64,000 nt of DNA from Malacoraja senta (Eukaryota), in contig JAXLNO010000079.1 in NCBI GenBank assembly GCA_038087875.1, positions 310,001-374,000 on the forward strand, given 5' to 3'. The notes below the pieces were generated by a model. The model was not told where the DNA came from. It did no database searches and was given only the letters and a program-made list of their open reading frames with translations. Each line of letters begins with the position of its first letter. Positions within the stretch are counted from its first letter, which is position 1. Both the position numbers and the translations under genes were made by a program. Positions 40,061 to 52,937 of this stretch are shown piece after piece.

Positions 40061-42420
40061 GAGTTACTCCAACACTTTGTCTTTTTTTTTATCAAGATAG
40101 AATATGTTTAGAATGATTGGATCTTCTGCAGCAGTCCCATGTCATTAACTGAATTCTTGGGTACATTTTAGACAGTAATCTTCAGTGGCAGCCCTAATTA
40201 TTGATGGACTTGACATCTCAAAAATAAACCAATGGTATCAGTATTAATATGATGAGAAAATCATTCCGCTACATTCCATTGATTAAAGTCAGTGTCTGAT
40301 GGATGTTTTCTAAAGGATCACAGACAGATGGCCAGAAGGCTTCCACTGAATCGCATAAAAATCAGACTCAATAAAAAACTGTTCTAACAACATACACTGA
40401 TGGAAATCTGTTTAATTTTATCGTAACAGCTTTTACAATGGAATTGATGTTAAACAATATTTTATTTCTAATGCATAATTCTCCACAAAGTAACGTGAAT
40501 CATTGCGAACCCTGGATCATTATGAGCCTGTAGAGCATTATCTTGTTCCCACTGTCTTGAAATTGATCTTCACTTGTTTCTCCCACAAACATTTTCACCA
40601 GGAATTTATAGGAAAACGGCTTGGACTGGCTGATCTATTAATCAAATTACCGGACAGTTGGTGTTTCGTTCAGTAATGCAATTGTTAGTATTCCTGACCC
40701 TCCCATCTCCTGTCAACCCCTGAAGTTCCTGTTCAAGATTTGGAGCCGATGGTCACAACTAGATTTCTCCATTGTTGCTTCTACATCATATGAATTAGAA
40801 CATTTATCTGGGTTGTAGAATTGAATCGCCGTTATATCTATAGTAAAACCACATGGAAGATAGACACAGGGTGCTGGAGTAACTCAGCGGGCAGCATAGA
40901 ATACATAGATAGAATACATAGAATTCTTCCATATCATCTGTGGAGAACAAGGATAAGTGACGTTTCGGGTCGGGATCCTTCTTCACACTCCCACGTTGTA
41001 CTGAGGTCTATTTATTGGATGAGCAGGAAAGGGGGTTGCAAAGCTCTATGATCATTGGTCGGCTACACGTGGTCTCCGACTGTAACACGGTGTGTCCTTT
41101 TATTAATCGCGATGTTCTGAAATCTCCATCTCAGAAATTGCAAACATCTGCAATAGTTCTGCTTCAAAATTACAACTTCCAAATGCTAAATAAATGACTC
41201 CTCGCGTTTGTGCAAGTCCTTTTGCTCCTGCCAGAAGTATCCACTCTACCGATAGTTCTGCACTTGTACAAACCCCACCCAATTCCCACCGGCACAAGGT
41301 TCTTGTTTTACATAAAATATTCCTCACCTTCACCATTTAATCAAACTGTAACCCCTCCCCCCATGGATAAATATTAATAAAGGTTACCTAAAGCGGTGCT
41401 GGATTAGCATTGACAGCAAATGATTTGCAGGACGATGGGAAGAGGATAGAGGGGCAGGACCAAGCGAGGGCTAGTATGGACTCTGCATGGCGAATAGTCT
41501 CCTTCTCTCTTGTAACTTTACTGAAAGAAATTGCCCACCTGTCAGGCAGAGAGACGTGCTTTCTCCACTGGTTTAATTAATCGCAGCTGGGCAAGGTGCA
41601 GCCGGTGACTGGGCAATGCGGTTTCATTTAATCTGTTTCTGCGTGGAATATTAATGTGAAAGACCACATTTGTATTTACATTTCCACAAAGAAAGCTGAA
41701 TAAATAACTCAAGAAATAAATTCAGTTTTATGGCTGTTTAAGAGCCTGGCGAAAAGCCAATTCCATTTAAAAATTGTAATTCTCATCAATAAAGTGGGAT
41801 TTTTTCTCCTCTTACTGTAAAGTAGAAGTATATCAACACATTATGTGACGGGTTATGTTTGTTGGCATGTCAGGGAGAGCTGATTGTGAAGACGGGGAGA
41901 TAGACCAACGCATTGTTAGTGCTGGGCCACCATGTTGCCCCAATCAGAGGATTGTACATCGGGAACAAGGCAGTAGTTGGTGTTTATGGAACCAAGTCCA
42001 AGTCAAATGTAGTCACAAGGAGGTGAAGATGCTGGTTTACATCCTGACAAGTGATAGGGGTTTGACTGCCCTCACCTGTATCCACCTATCACTCGCGTCC
42101 CAACTCTCTTCCACCTTCCTGTCCCTCTGTTGTAATCACTCTGAAGAAGAGTCCCAATCCAGATGTTTTTAGAGCAGAGAGATTGTTTGGTAAAAATGAA
42201 CACATAATCCTGTTGAAACAATGTTGCCCGCACTTGAATTGTGTGTTCTAGGTTTTTTCTGTTGAGTTTAGTACGCAATTAAATTCCAACAGGTACATGA
42301 ATTGTAATTCTGTCAGCAGGAGAGTTGCACATAGTACAGCAAGAGTCCAACGCCCTGGTCTCCACACTTAATGGAGCTCACAGCAATTGCCCGAGTGGCA
42401 CTTTCATAGCAGCAAGCATT

Positions 42421-42556
42421 GGGGAGATTGGAACCTTCACGTGGTCCGCCCTGTTTCGACGAACGCAATCAGCCTGGTGTGCACAATCAAATAAGATCAA
42501 ATAGAACAAGTTGTCCTGCAACTTTAAGCTGTGCACGCCATACGCACGAAGAAGAA
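42421..42556 (+). mobile_element. Ribozyme-headed SINE-like element, copy B (5' eroded)
   Basis: Degenerate HDV-like head (42421-42470), (GAA)n tail, imperfect 13-bp TSD AGCAGCRAGCAYT (42408-42420, 42559-42571). Confidence 0.75.
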
Positions 42557-44651
42557 TAAGCAGCGAGCACTGAGTGTTCACCCAAATTCCTGGGAATTGT
42601 AAAAAAATTCTAAAACTATTCTTTATGCAACTACATACCCCATTCATTCTCTCCAGAGATGCTGCCTGTCCCGCTGAGTTACTCCAGCATTTTGTGTCTA
42701 TATTGGGTGTAAACCAGCATCTGCAGTTCCTTCCTACACTGTGACTCGTGACCTGGGTCCCAGCTTTTCGTAAATCAATAATTTGGCGATATTTCCAAGA
42801 TTGCTGATGGCACAAAATTACTTCAAACTGGGGTGTTGGAGGAGGATGTACAGATGGTTCGAGGGAATGCAGCCAAACTGAATGATCGGCGAGAGCAGGG
42901 CATGTGGGATATAATGTGGTTACACTGGTGGAGACAACACACGATTGGAATACTGGATAAGTGCGAGTTTGGGTCACATAGAGATGTGTTGTCACTGAAG
43001 CCCAATGTGCAGATGGAGCAAGCAGTGAGAAGGGCAGTCAAGATGTTAGCCATTACAGTGGAGATTCGAGCACAGCATTGGGGAGACTAGCAAGATTGAT
43101 CCAAGTGAGAGGTCGGGCTTTGCTGTGTGTTTGGGCCTGTGTTCGCCAGAGATTGGATGGTGTCCACATTTTAAAGGGCTTTGTAAGGTGAGATGCAGAG
43201 AGGAGGTTTGGCTGAGTGATGAGTCTAGGGTCGGGGTCGGGGGTCAGGGTCAGGGGACACCTGGGTTGAGATGAGGAGAAATCGCTTCTCTTTGGTCAAG
43301 TTTGGAATTCCCCACTCAGGCTGCTGCAAGTCACTGCTTCCAATCAAAATACAGATCAATAGATTTCTGGAAGATGTTGGGAAGGTCATGGGAAGAGGAC
43401 TGTGAGGTGGCGCTGAGTGGAAAGGTCAGCCATGATCTGAAGGGGTGCTGGTCCTGCTCATGTTGCTACGTACATACATTGTTCTAGAAGCACCCAATCC
43501 GCATTCAGTAAAACACATAATGCCTGACTTGTTTTGTAATCTGCATTCTTAGGGTTAAGGGAATCAAGGGATATGGGGGAAATGCCGGAATGGGGTACTG
43601 ATTTTGAATGATCAGCCATGATCATAATGAATGGTGGTGCTGGCTCAAAGGGCCGAATGGTCTACTCCTGCACCTATTTTCTACGTTTCTATTACAGATG
43701 ATTTTTATACCATAGTTAATTATTCAGATGCAAACACTGCATTGTGTTGTAGTGAATTATGGTGGTTGCAATTGAGCTCAGAGAAAATGTTAGAAACATT
43801 TAAAAGTTAGCATTGTTGCAGAAGTAGATGAAAGTGATTGATTTTCCTCAATCGATTAAGGAGCAAATGTACAAATAATGATTAGAAATATGCTTATAAC
43901 CTGTTTAATCAAAGCACGCTGGGGTTAGTGATGGCTAAAGAGTCTCTTGGCTCTAACAACAGTGAGATAATGTCTTTACTTGTGGAAGATCCACAGAGAG
44001 GCACGGACAGGTTGTTGTAATACTGGATCAGAATTCAGATTTGGATTGGATGATACTTGGAACCTAAAAATTGACTATCTTGGTCAGCATGGTTGAGTTG
44101 GGCCGAAGGGCCTGTTCCATACTGTATGAAACTAATAGATGAGCAGAAGTTTAAATTATTGTCAAAACTTTAATTTTATCTCCCATTTCTCATAACATGT
44201 CTTCCTTTCTCCTATTTTATTTTTTAGCTGCTTTGATTCTGAAATAATTAGACCAACAGGCACTTCCTGGTTCAGACTGGATGTTGTATTACGAATCCTG
44301 TGATCATATTGGCTAAAATGGGACATACTTGTTCAGTTCAAAAATCTGAACATGTTACAATTCTGAAATTCAAACAGCACTTGCTAAATGAGTTTGAATA
44401 AAACGTGTTAACCTTTCAGTGAAGACTTTGCATCAGATCTGGGAGAGTGAGGGAAGAATCAGGATGTGTGTACTTATGATGAAGATAGACACCAAAAGCT
44501 GGTGTAACTCAGCGAGCCAGACGGCATCTCTGGAGAAAAGGAATAGGTGATGTTTCAGGTCAAGACCCTTCTTCAGTACTTATGATAAATGACAGCTGAC
44601 CATCAAATTCACTCCGAATGCATTGTGATTGCAGTTGGTTAGTTAGTTAGT

Positions 44652-44704
44652 GGGGTGGAGATTGCAACCTTCACGTGGTCCACCCTGTTTCGCCAAATGC
44701 AATC
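44652..44704 (+). ncRNA. Predicted minimal HDV-like ribozyme (copy C)
   Basis: GGGGTGG A GATTGCA ACC TTCACGT GGT CCACCCT GTTTCGC C AAA TGCAATC: P1 with G1.U wobble, 7-bp P2, 3-bp P3, catalytic-position C retained. Confidence 0.72.
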
Positions 44705-44791
44705 AACCTGGTGTGCACAATCAAATAAGTTCAAATAGAACAAGTTGTCCTACAACTTTAGGCTGTGCATGCCATACGCCAAGAAGAAGAA
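44652..44791 (+). mobile_element. Ribozyme-headed SINE-like element, copy C, within a (TAGT)n microsatellite
   Basis: Begins GGGGTGG, ends GCCATACGCCAAGAAGAAGAA; flanked by AGTTAGTT repeats. Confidence 0.8.
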
Positions 44792-44820
44792 GTTAGTTAA
44801 CTAGTTAGTTTGCTAGTAGC

Positions 44821-44873
<53 letters not shown>

Positions 44874-44875
44874 CA

Positions 44876-44913
<38 letters not shown>

Positions 44914-44918
44914 GGTTA
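44792..44918. repeat. (TAGT)n microsatellite
   Basis: Tandem TAGT with few interruptions. Confidence 0.9.
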
Positions 44919-45524
44919 CATGTATCGAGGTACAGTGAAAAACGTTTGTTGCGTGCTATCCAGTCAGTGTTTATGGGACCAAGTCAGAACGACAACCCAG
45001 TTTGTTTTGACATTGACATAAGATGATGCTTCTATATCAGTGCACTAATACTTAGACCATTGCACATATTGGTGGCATCAGCCGATTCAGAGTGAGCCCA
45101 GTGTGATGGTGGGTGGTGCTGGATCCAGGGAGCTATGAGATGGGGCCCAGAGTCTTGCAAAGAAAACCACGATTTGACATCAGTGGGAGGTAAGTGGATG
45201 CAAAATGTGAATTGAACATTTTTTGTTAAAAAAATATTAGAATGTTCTTGTTATTCTGAGAGAATCACACTCCACACGTTCAAAATGATGTTTCCAGAAA
45301 TCCTGCAGATGTTTCCAGTAACTGGTGCTTTGATTGCCGCTAAAATGTGATTTGAAAGTGCTTTAATATTTAAACACTCTAAGAGTGAGAATGATTTGTT
45401 AACGGATTGTGCACTGAGTGTTGTGAAAACACTGAACCAGTGGGGATTAGGAGGGAAACCGTTACAAGCAAACTCTTGCAGATTTCTGCCTTTGGCCCCA
45501 ACAGTGACCGTGCATTAGGGTTAA

Positions 45525-45822
45525 TAGACAATAGACAATAGGTGCAGTAGGCCATTTGGCCCTTCGAGCCAGCACCGCCATTCAATGTGATCATGACTGA
45601 TCATCCCCAATCAGTACCCCGTTCCTGCCTTCTCTCCATATCCCTTAACTCTGCTTTCCCTAAGTTCTCTATCTAACTTTCTCTTGAAAGTACCCAGAGA
45701 ACCAGCCTCCACCACCCTCTGAGGCAGAAAATTCCACAGACTCACAACTCTGTGTGTAAAAGTGTTTCCTCATCTCTGTTCTAAATGACTTACCACTTAT
45801 TCTTAAACTGTGGCCCCTGGTT
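45525..45822 (-). mobile_element. CR1 3' fragment
   Basis: CR1 3' UTR and (TCTATTG)n tail. Confidence 0.75.
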
Positions 45823-46729
45823 CATGTTACTGTAGGTTATCATTTATTGGGCAGTGGGACAAAATGCCCTCTGGTGCTCACTGATCTCCCCCTGGAGATT
45901 CCTTTCCACCGTGTACTGCCACGGTCTCATCTCCCTCGTCCAAATCTACTCGCCTTTACACTTGTCCTTCTGTAGATTTGTAGGAATCAGTCAGGGTCCA
46001 CCCTAGGTTTGAGTTGTTGCTAGATTAAGGCCATTGTGCTCTCGCGTCTGTAACGCTTCCATCCATTTCCTCGCTGCCCTCTTCCTACGCCCGGTTTACC
46101 AATTTATGTGTGTTTATAGGCCCATGATCTCTAGGCACTGCACCCCATGCTGCTAGAAGTGTCTGCTAATGGGTACGGACTGGTCTCTGCTTGTGATGTT
46201 GCTGAGGTGTCCTGTCAGTCTGACTCTGAGGCTGTTACCCGTTTCGCCTATGTAGAGTAAGTTACACTCCTTACATTTAATTGCCACACTGCTCACCTTC
46301 CCTATAGTTTTTTTAGGTTTGAAGGATTGCTTAAATATGGGCCTGTCATTGTTTTATTGCTCTCTTGTTTGGTCCCGTTCTATTATTTCACCCCTTGTAT
46401 TGGGTTTTCCCAGGTTAGGGTTAGCTCTTGGGATCCCAGTGATGTCGTATTACATTGTTCCAATGACATTGCTTCTGGTTATTTGCAAAGTGCAAGGAGG
46501 AGGGTATTTTATCACTTTAGATTTTGGGCCATTTATTTCATTGGAACCCATTTCCACGATATGTTTTAGGATCCTAACTATTATGGTCATGCACCATGGA
46601 AACAGGCCCTTCCACCCAACCTAGTGACACATGTACTGCCCAGGTGAGGTCTGCTACATGATTTTATCAGGTTGTAGACAAAACAAAGCATTTCACTAGG
46701 TACATGTGACAATAATATATCATTGAACT

Positions 46730-47120
46730 TTCCATACCGATCAAGCTGCCCCTATTTGTCTGCGTTTGTCCCATATCCCTCTGAATCTTTCTTATCCAAG
46801 TCCCTGTCCAAGTGTCTTTTAAATGCCGTTATAGTCGATGCCTCGACTACTTTCTCTGGCAGCTCGTTCCATATTACTTTCACACTCTGAGTGTAAAAGT
46901 TGCCCCTCAGGTTAATATTAACTCTTGTCCCTCCCACCATAAACATATATCCTCTTTTCTTGCTCCTCCTACTCTGGGTAAAATACTCTTTGCATTAAAC
47001 CCATCTCTTCCCCTCATGATCTTATATTACTCCACAAGATCATCCCTCATCCTCCTGCGCTCCAGGGAATAAAGTCCAACCTCTCCATATAGCTCAGGCT
47101 CTCGAGTCCTGGCAACATTA
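46730..47120 (-). mobile_element. Degenerate CR1 3' fragment
   Basis: NLRGNFYTQ..WNELPEKVVEA peptide on the minus strand. Confidence 0.65.
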
Positions 47121-49072
47121 ATCTTCTCCCAACTCTTTATTTAGGGTTAGCGTATAATTCAGAGCAATACATTTTCCAATTGAATTTGTAACCCCAATGA
47201 AGGAAAATGTATGGAAATAGTAATATAACTGATTTAAAAAAAAAGTTAAATACAAACAAAATTAATGACACATGGCTGGGGTGAATTTTGAGATTGTATG
47301 TGTGAATTGTAATTGGTGAATGTGTTGCACAGAGAGGATTGAACTGGTGCGGGGGTGATGATCAACTTCTGCCTTCATGTTCTGTCTGCACAGGACACGC
47401 AGTGGAACGTGCTCTTGTAGCACAAGCCGCTGTTCCTGATTAATGGTCAATGTTGCATCGCAGCTCTCACAACACCCACTCCTTGAGCAGTGGCTCTAAG
47501 TTAACAGTTTATGTCAGGTCTGCATTGTAGTTGATTCTTTGCTGCCCTTGGAGATGCTAATGGATCTACTCAGTTCAGAACACAGTTCGGGTTGAACAAT
47601 AAACATTGGCCTTGCTATTGACATCCACATCTGTGAACAAATTATCACGATGATGTGTGTTGTGGCCCACAGACTGAGGATGGGAAGGTGGATTAGTCTC
47701 AGAAGTTCTTTCCACCAACCTCTGCGTGAAAAAGGTTGCCCTCAGGTTAATATTAAATCTTGTCACTCTCACTTTAAACATATGTGCCACCATTGGTTCC
47801 TAATTTCCAAATAACCAGAAGCAATGTCAGTGCCACTGCCTTACAACCTGCCCCAAACTTCACCTCAATATTTGTACACGATATTTGTAAGTGGAAATCT
47901 GAAACTAACAAATGCTGGAAATACTGATAAGGTTGGATAGAATCTGCGGAGCTGAATTACCTTTCCTCCGTCTGATGAAAGTTTCTCAAATGATGTGGGT
48001 TTCCCTCTGCCAAACTTCATCTGGGAGTTCCTTCCTCCATTTGCCAGGAGAACAACTAAAGTGTGAAGTTGCGGGAACACACTGGATCCATCCAATGCTG
48101 TCACTTATTCATTTATCTTCATGTCTGCAATCAAATACTTTTTAAAAAGGTAATAGAGTCCCAAACAACCCTCTTAGAATGTAAACTAAGATGCATTTCA
48201 AGCACCAAAAGGATTGATAGAAATATAGAATAATATACCAGAGAAAAAATTGAAGTTATTGGAATAATTGGGACTAAAAACTGAGGAAAATGAACAAATG
48301 GCAGTGACTGTAATTAAAGTAAACAGGCTGAGTGATCAATGATTTATAACGAATTGACAGAAGGAGAGGGTTTTGTTCCCAGTTTAAATGAAACCACAGC
48401 ATCCTTTCTAGATTCCTTTCTAGATTCCCATTTATTTGAGCACTGGCATTCCCATAGGTGAGTCCGTGAACAACTCAGCTGTATGTTTTTTAAACCTTTT
48501 CAATATCTTACTACAGTAACATTTTCTAATAAGTTCCTGAATTAATTTTAAACTGTCACAGATGTTTCTATCGAGTAGTTTATTTTGTGTCTGGTGATTC
48601 TCTTTTCTTTTTTCCTATTACAGTTATGTAACTATTTTAATTTCTATAGAAATCTACTAAGAATAATAACAAATCTTCCTTCCGTAGATATTGACCAGCC
48701 ATTCTGTTGTACTGCTACAGCAATTCCTGTATTATCTGACACACACATACTGTTATTGGAATGTATATTTCAATGACAAACACACTTAATATTTTATTTA
48801 ATCTGAAAGCAGAATAGTTCTATGTAAATATAGAACAAGAATTGTCTGCCAGTCTCACAGTAAGAATCGTCCATCTTCTAAGTCCTCACTACATGGTCTA
48901 CAACATGTTCATTTAAATACAGCCAGAGCCATACGCATGACTCTTGGATATCTTGTGTTAAAATGTATAGATAGTGGGCTAATCATTGGCCTATGGCAGT
49001 CCAAACTCATTCCTTGATCGCTAAGTCCAATGTTAAAACTCTCTTAATTTTCAAACATTACGAGTAGGTCCT

Positions 49073-49892
49073 AGCGTGGAAACAGGCTCTTCGGGCCAAC
49101 TTGCCCACACCGGCTAACAATGTCCCAGCTACACTAGTCCCACTTGCCTGCGCTTGGTCCATATCCCTCCAAGCCTGTCTTATCCATGTACCTGTCTAAC
49201 TGTCTCTTAAATGGTGGGATAGTCCCAGCCTCAACCACCTCCTCTGGCAGCTTGTTCCATACACCCACCACCCTTTGTGTGAAAAGAATTACCCCTCGGA
49301 TACCTATTAAATCTTTTCCCCTTCACCTTGTACCTATGTCCTCTGGTCCTCGATTCCCCTACTCTGGGCAAGAGACTCTGTACATCTACCCGATCTATGC
49401 CTCTCATGATTTTATATGCCTCTATCAGATCACCCCTCATCCTCCTGCGCTCCATGGAATAGAGACCCAGCCTACTGTACCTCTCCCTATAGCTCACACT
49501 CTCTAGCCCTGGCAACATCCTCGTAAATCTTTTCTGAACCCTTTCAAGCTTGACAATATCTTTCCTATAACATGGTGCCCAGAACTAAACACAATATTCT
49601 AAATGCGGTCTCACCAACATCTTATACAACTGCAACATGACCTCCCAACTTCTATATTCAATACTCTGACTGATGAAGGCCAAAATGCCAAAAGCCTTTT
49701 TGACCACCTTATCTACCTGCGACACGACCTTCAAGGAACCATGCACCTGTACTCCTAGATCTCTCTGCTCTGTAACACCACCCAGAGGCCGACCATTTAC
49801 TGTGTAGGTCCTGCCCTTGTTCGACGTCCCAATATGCAACACCTCACACTTCTCTGTATTAAATTCCATCAACCATTCCTCCACACACCTGG
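49073..49892 (-). mobile_element. 5'-truncated CR1 LINE (different subfamily)
   Basis: [18 protein letters not shown] and RRRMRGDL motifs. Confidence 0.85.
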
Positions 49893-50694
49893 CGAGTTAT
49901 TGGCGGGTTATTGCCTTCAATTCACACTCAATCATGATATGAAATCCAGTGAACTTGTTCATAATGATTGGGAATGCCTGATGGAAATTGATAATTGATA
50001 TCAGTTTCAATGCCTGGATCTTGCCATTAAACTGGTATCTAGGACTACAACGAGGCTGTCATAACAAGTTAACATTGTTGGAACAAATGGGCGCTGCACA
50101 GTGATGCTGTAACAACGTAACAGAGTAGAACCTGCTAATGTAGAAGCACTAAACACCATCTGAATCATTTACCTGAAAATAAATCTGATAAGTGGCAGCT
50201 TTTCTAATGTCCTGCTGGTTCTCAGAGGAAATCACTCGTTTTAATTAGCTTGATTCAATCATCTGTGAAAAAATGCAGTTGTCAGAGTAATGGTGGTTCG
50301 TTATTCGTTCCTAAGTGCCTGCCTGACTCAAATGTTGACCTTTCATCATGCCTTTATGTTTAGTGACTGCTCAAATTAAAACTGCAGAATTCTCCTTGTC
50401 TGAGACCAAACAAGGGGTATAGCCATGAGGCACATCGTATTTTAAATTAACAACACATATATAGATTTTACATTTTAATTTATTGATTAAAATATAACGG
50501 TTGATCCGAACCTGCAAATATTTTAAAGAGTGTTCTACCTGATTGAATATTGTAAGCAATGAGATGACAGGTCTCAACCTGCAATGTTGACAGTGCAGTC
50601 CCACCACAGATTCTGCCTGACCAGTGAGGTACTCCAGCAGATACGTATAGCCAGCATCTGCAGTTCCTTCCCACTCCAGCAGATCGTGATGGCC

Positions 50695-51248
50695 ACGATA
50701 CGATAGAACTTTATTCATCCCCAGAGGGAAGTTGGTCTGCCAACAGTCACAAATCACAACAAGGTACACAAAAACTTGAAATTAAAATTAAATTAAAAGT
50801 GAAACAAAAAATAAAAAGACAAGCGACTGATGGATGGCTGCTGTGCGCACAGCCTTAACCGGAACAAACGAACAAACAAATGAAGGCTTATCCCATCAGC
50901 AGAGGATTCTAAACTAGAGTGCCCCCCCTCCCCAACACCAGGTCCCCCTTTGTTCTCCCACCGTCCCTCAAGGTGATCCCCCCCACGCCGGGTCCCCATT
51001 GTCTTCCCCTCCCCCCTCACGCTCATCGACCTCTGATAGCAGGTCAATCGCGAGGCCCCACCACCGCTGAGGCTGTCGCGAGGCCCCACCCCCGCCTACG
51101 TCGAGGCTCCCATTGCTGCCACCACAGAGGCTCCTTCGGCCCAGAAAGGCCTCGCCGCCCAGCTTCTCCACAAGAGGCCTGTGGGGCAAGTTGGGCCTAC
51201 CGGGCCCGTTCAGGTCGGCAGCGTGGTTGTTCAACGAGTGGATCACTG
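50695..51248 (-). mobile_element. Probable non-autonomous LINE-derived repeat with (TCGTA)n tail
   Basis: Minus strand ends ..GGGATGAATAAAGTTCTATCGTATCGT; GC-rich body. Confidence 0.4.
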
Positions 51249-52025
51249 GTAAGTTTTGGTTTCCTTAGTTGAAGAATATGATAACTTGATTCTTTATTTT
51301 TGTCTTTTGATTTCTGCATCTGAAATGAAGTTGTAACAATCCTTAAAACTTTCATAACTTAACATATAAGACAGTTTCAATGAACAGAATATGCCTTCAA
51401 ATTCTTACATTTACATAAACCTATTAAGAATCTTATGTAATCCATTGTTGAATTAGCTGGTTCATGTGTGATGTGCGAGCTTCACCATTCATCCAAATCA
51501 TTACGCATTTTGTTTGCTACTTATTCCATTTAGTTGGAAAATTTGATTTCCGTTCCTTTAAGAGGAAGTGTTTATGATGCATTTTAAATGTGCCGTTGGA
51601 TTTGTACTTTGTAGTAAGTGTGTGCGCCTCGTACAACAATGGGAACACAAGCGGTAAATTGCAAAAATGGATTACCTATCTATTTTTATGAATGCTGTAA
51701 AAATACTCATGGTGTAACTGTGATTGATGGGATCGGCTGACAGGTGTATGTCCTCTTTAAGGACAAACTCATTCATGATGGATATGCGGAATGGAAAAAG
51801 ACAGATATACATGTAATTTGTATTTAACAATGCACCATCACTCACACAGGAAATACATGATAAGGTGTAAGTTGTGCTGCTGATGACAATGCCTTTGTTA
51901 ACCAAGGCATTAATTTCTCCAATGATCAGCTGCTAAAAATCCAGATATTGGTACCCAGAGAAAATACTGTTTACTCTTTACAAAGTGGTCTGCATGCTGG
52001 ATGGTGGGACTGAAGTGGTCTGCAT

Positions 52026-52357
52026 GCTGGATGGTGGGACTGACATATGATGGAAGAATGGGTCGACTGGGCACTGGAATTTAGAAGGATGAGAGGGAAT
52101 CTTATGGAAACATATAACATTCTTAAGGGATTGGACAGGCTAGATGCAGGAAAAATGTTCCCCATGTTGGGGGAGTCCAGAACCAGGGGTCACAGTTTAT
52201 GAATAAGGGGTAAACCATTTAGGACTGAGATGAGGAAAAATGTTTTCACCCAGAGAGTTGTGAATTTGTGGAATTCTCTGCCACAGAAGGCAGTGGAGGA
52301 CATTTCACTGGATATTTCAAGAGAGCATTAGATATAGCTCTAGGGCTAACGGAATCA
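52026..52357 (+). mobile_element. CR1 3' fragment hosting the LTR element (continues 56302-~56335)
   Basis: CR1 RT C-terminus ..GGAATCA|TGGGATTATGGGG rejoins across the LTR element. Confidence 0.75.
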
Positions 52358-52937
52358 TATGGCGGACGAATAAACGAGCCACGCCTGGTGAAAACAAAGG
52401 GAACTTTATTGTTCAGGTAAAGAGATCAACACAGACGTGAATGGGGGAGGGCTGACCCAGGGCACCATACTTATTTCATGGGCACACCCCTAAACCTCGT
52501 GACAACTGCTTCCTGCTATTACCCAGTCAAGTGATCCTACCCCCGACTGCCAAGGGTTCGCATAGTAAGTGGCCTAACCACCGGGTGGCGCCACAGGATC
52601 CCCCCCCCCCCCCAGGACCCGAAGCACAAAACCGAAAGGGTAGACGAACGAGGCGTTGCCCCCACACACCCACCAACAAGGATTGGGCCCGGAGGAAATC
52701 TGCGCCCAGCAACGGCTGGGAGACGTCGGCCACCGTAAAGGTCCAGGTGAAATGGCAGGGGCCAAAGATGAGCGGGATCGTGCGAACTCCGTACGTCCTT
52801 ATGGAGCTGCCGTTGACTGCGGTGAGAGAAGGCTCCCGCTTTCTGGAACAGTTGTCAATCCCCGACGGGGGTAAAACGCTAACCTTCGCACCCGTGTCGA
52901 CCAGGAACCGTCGTCCGGAGTGCCGATCCCACGCGTA

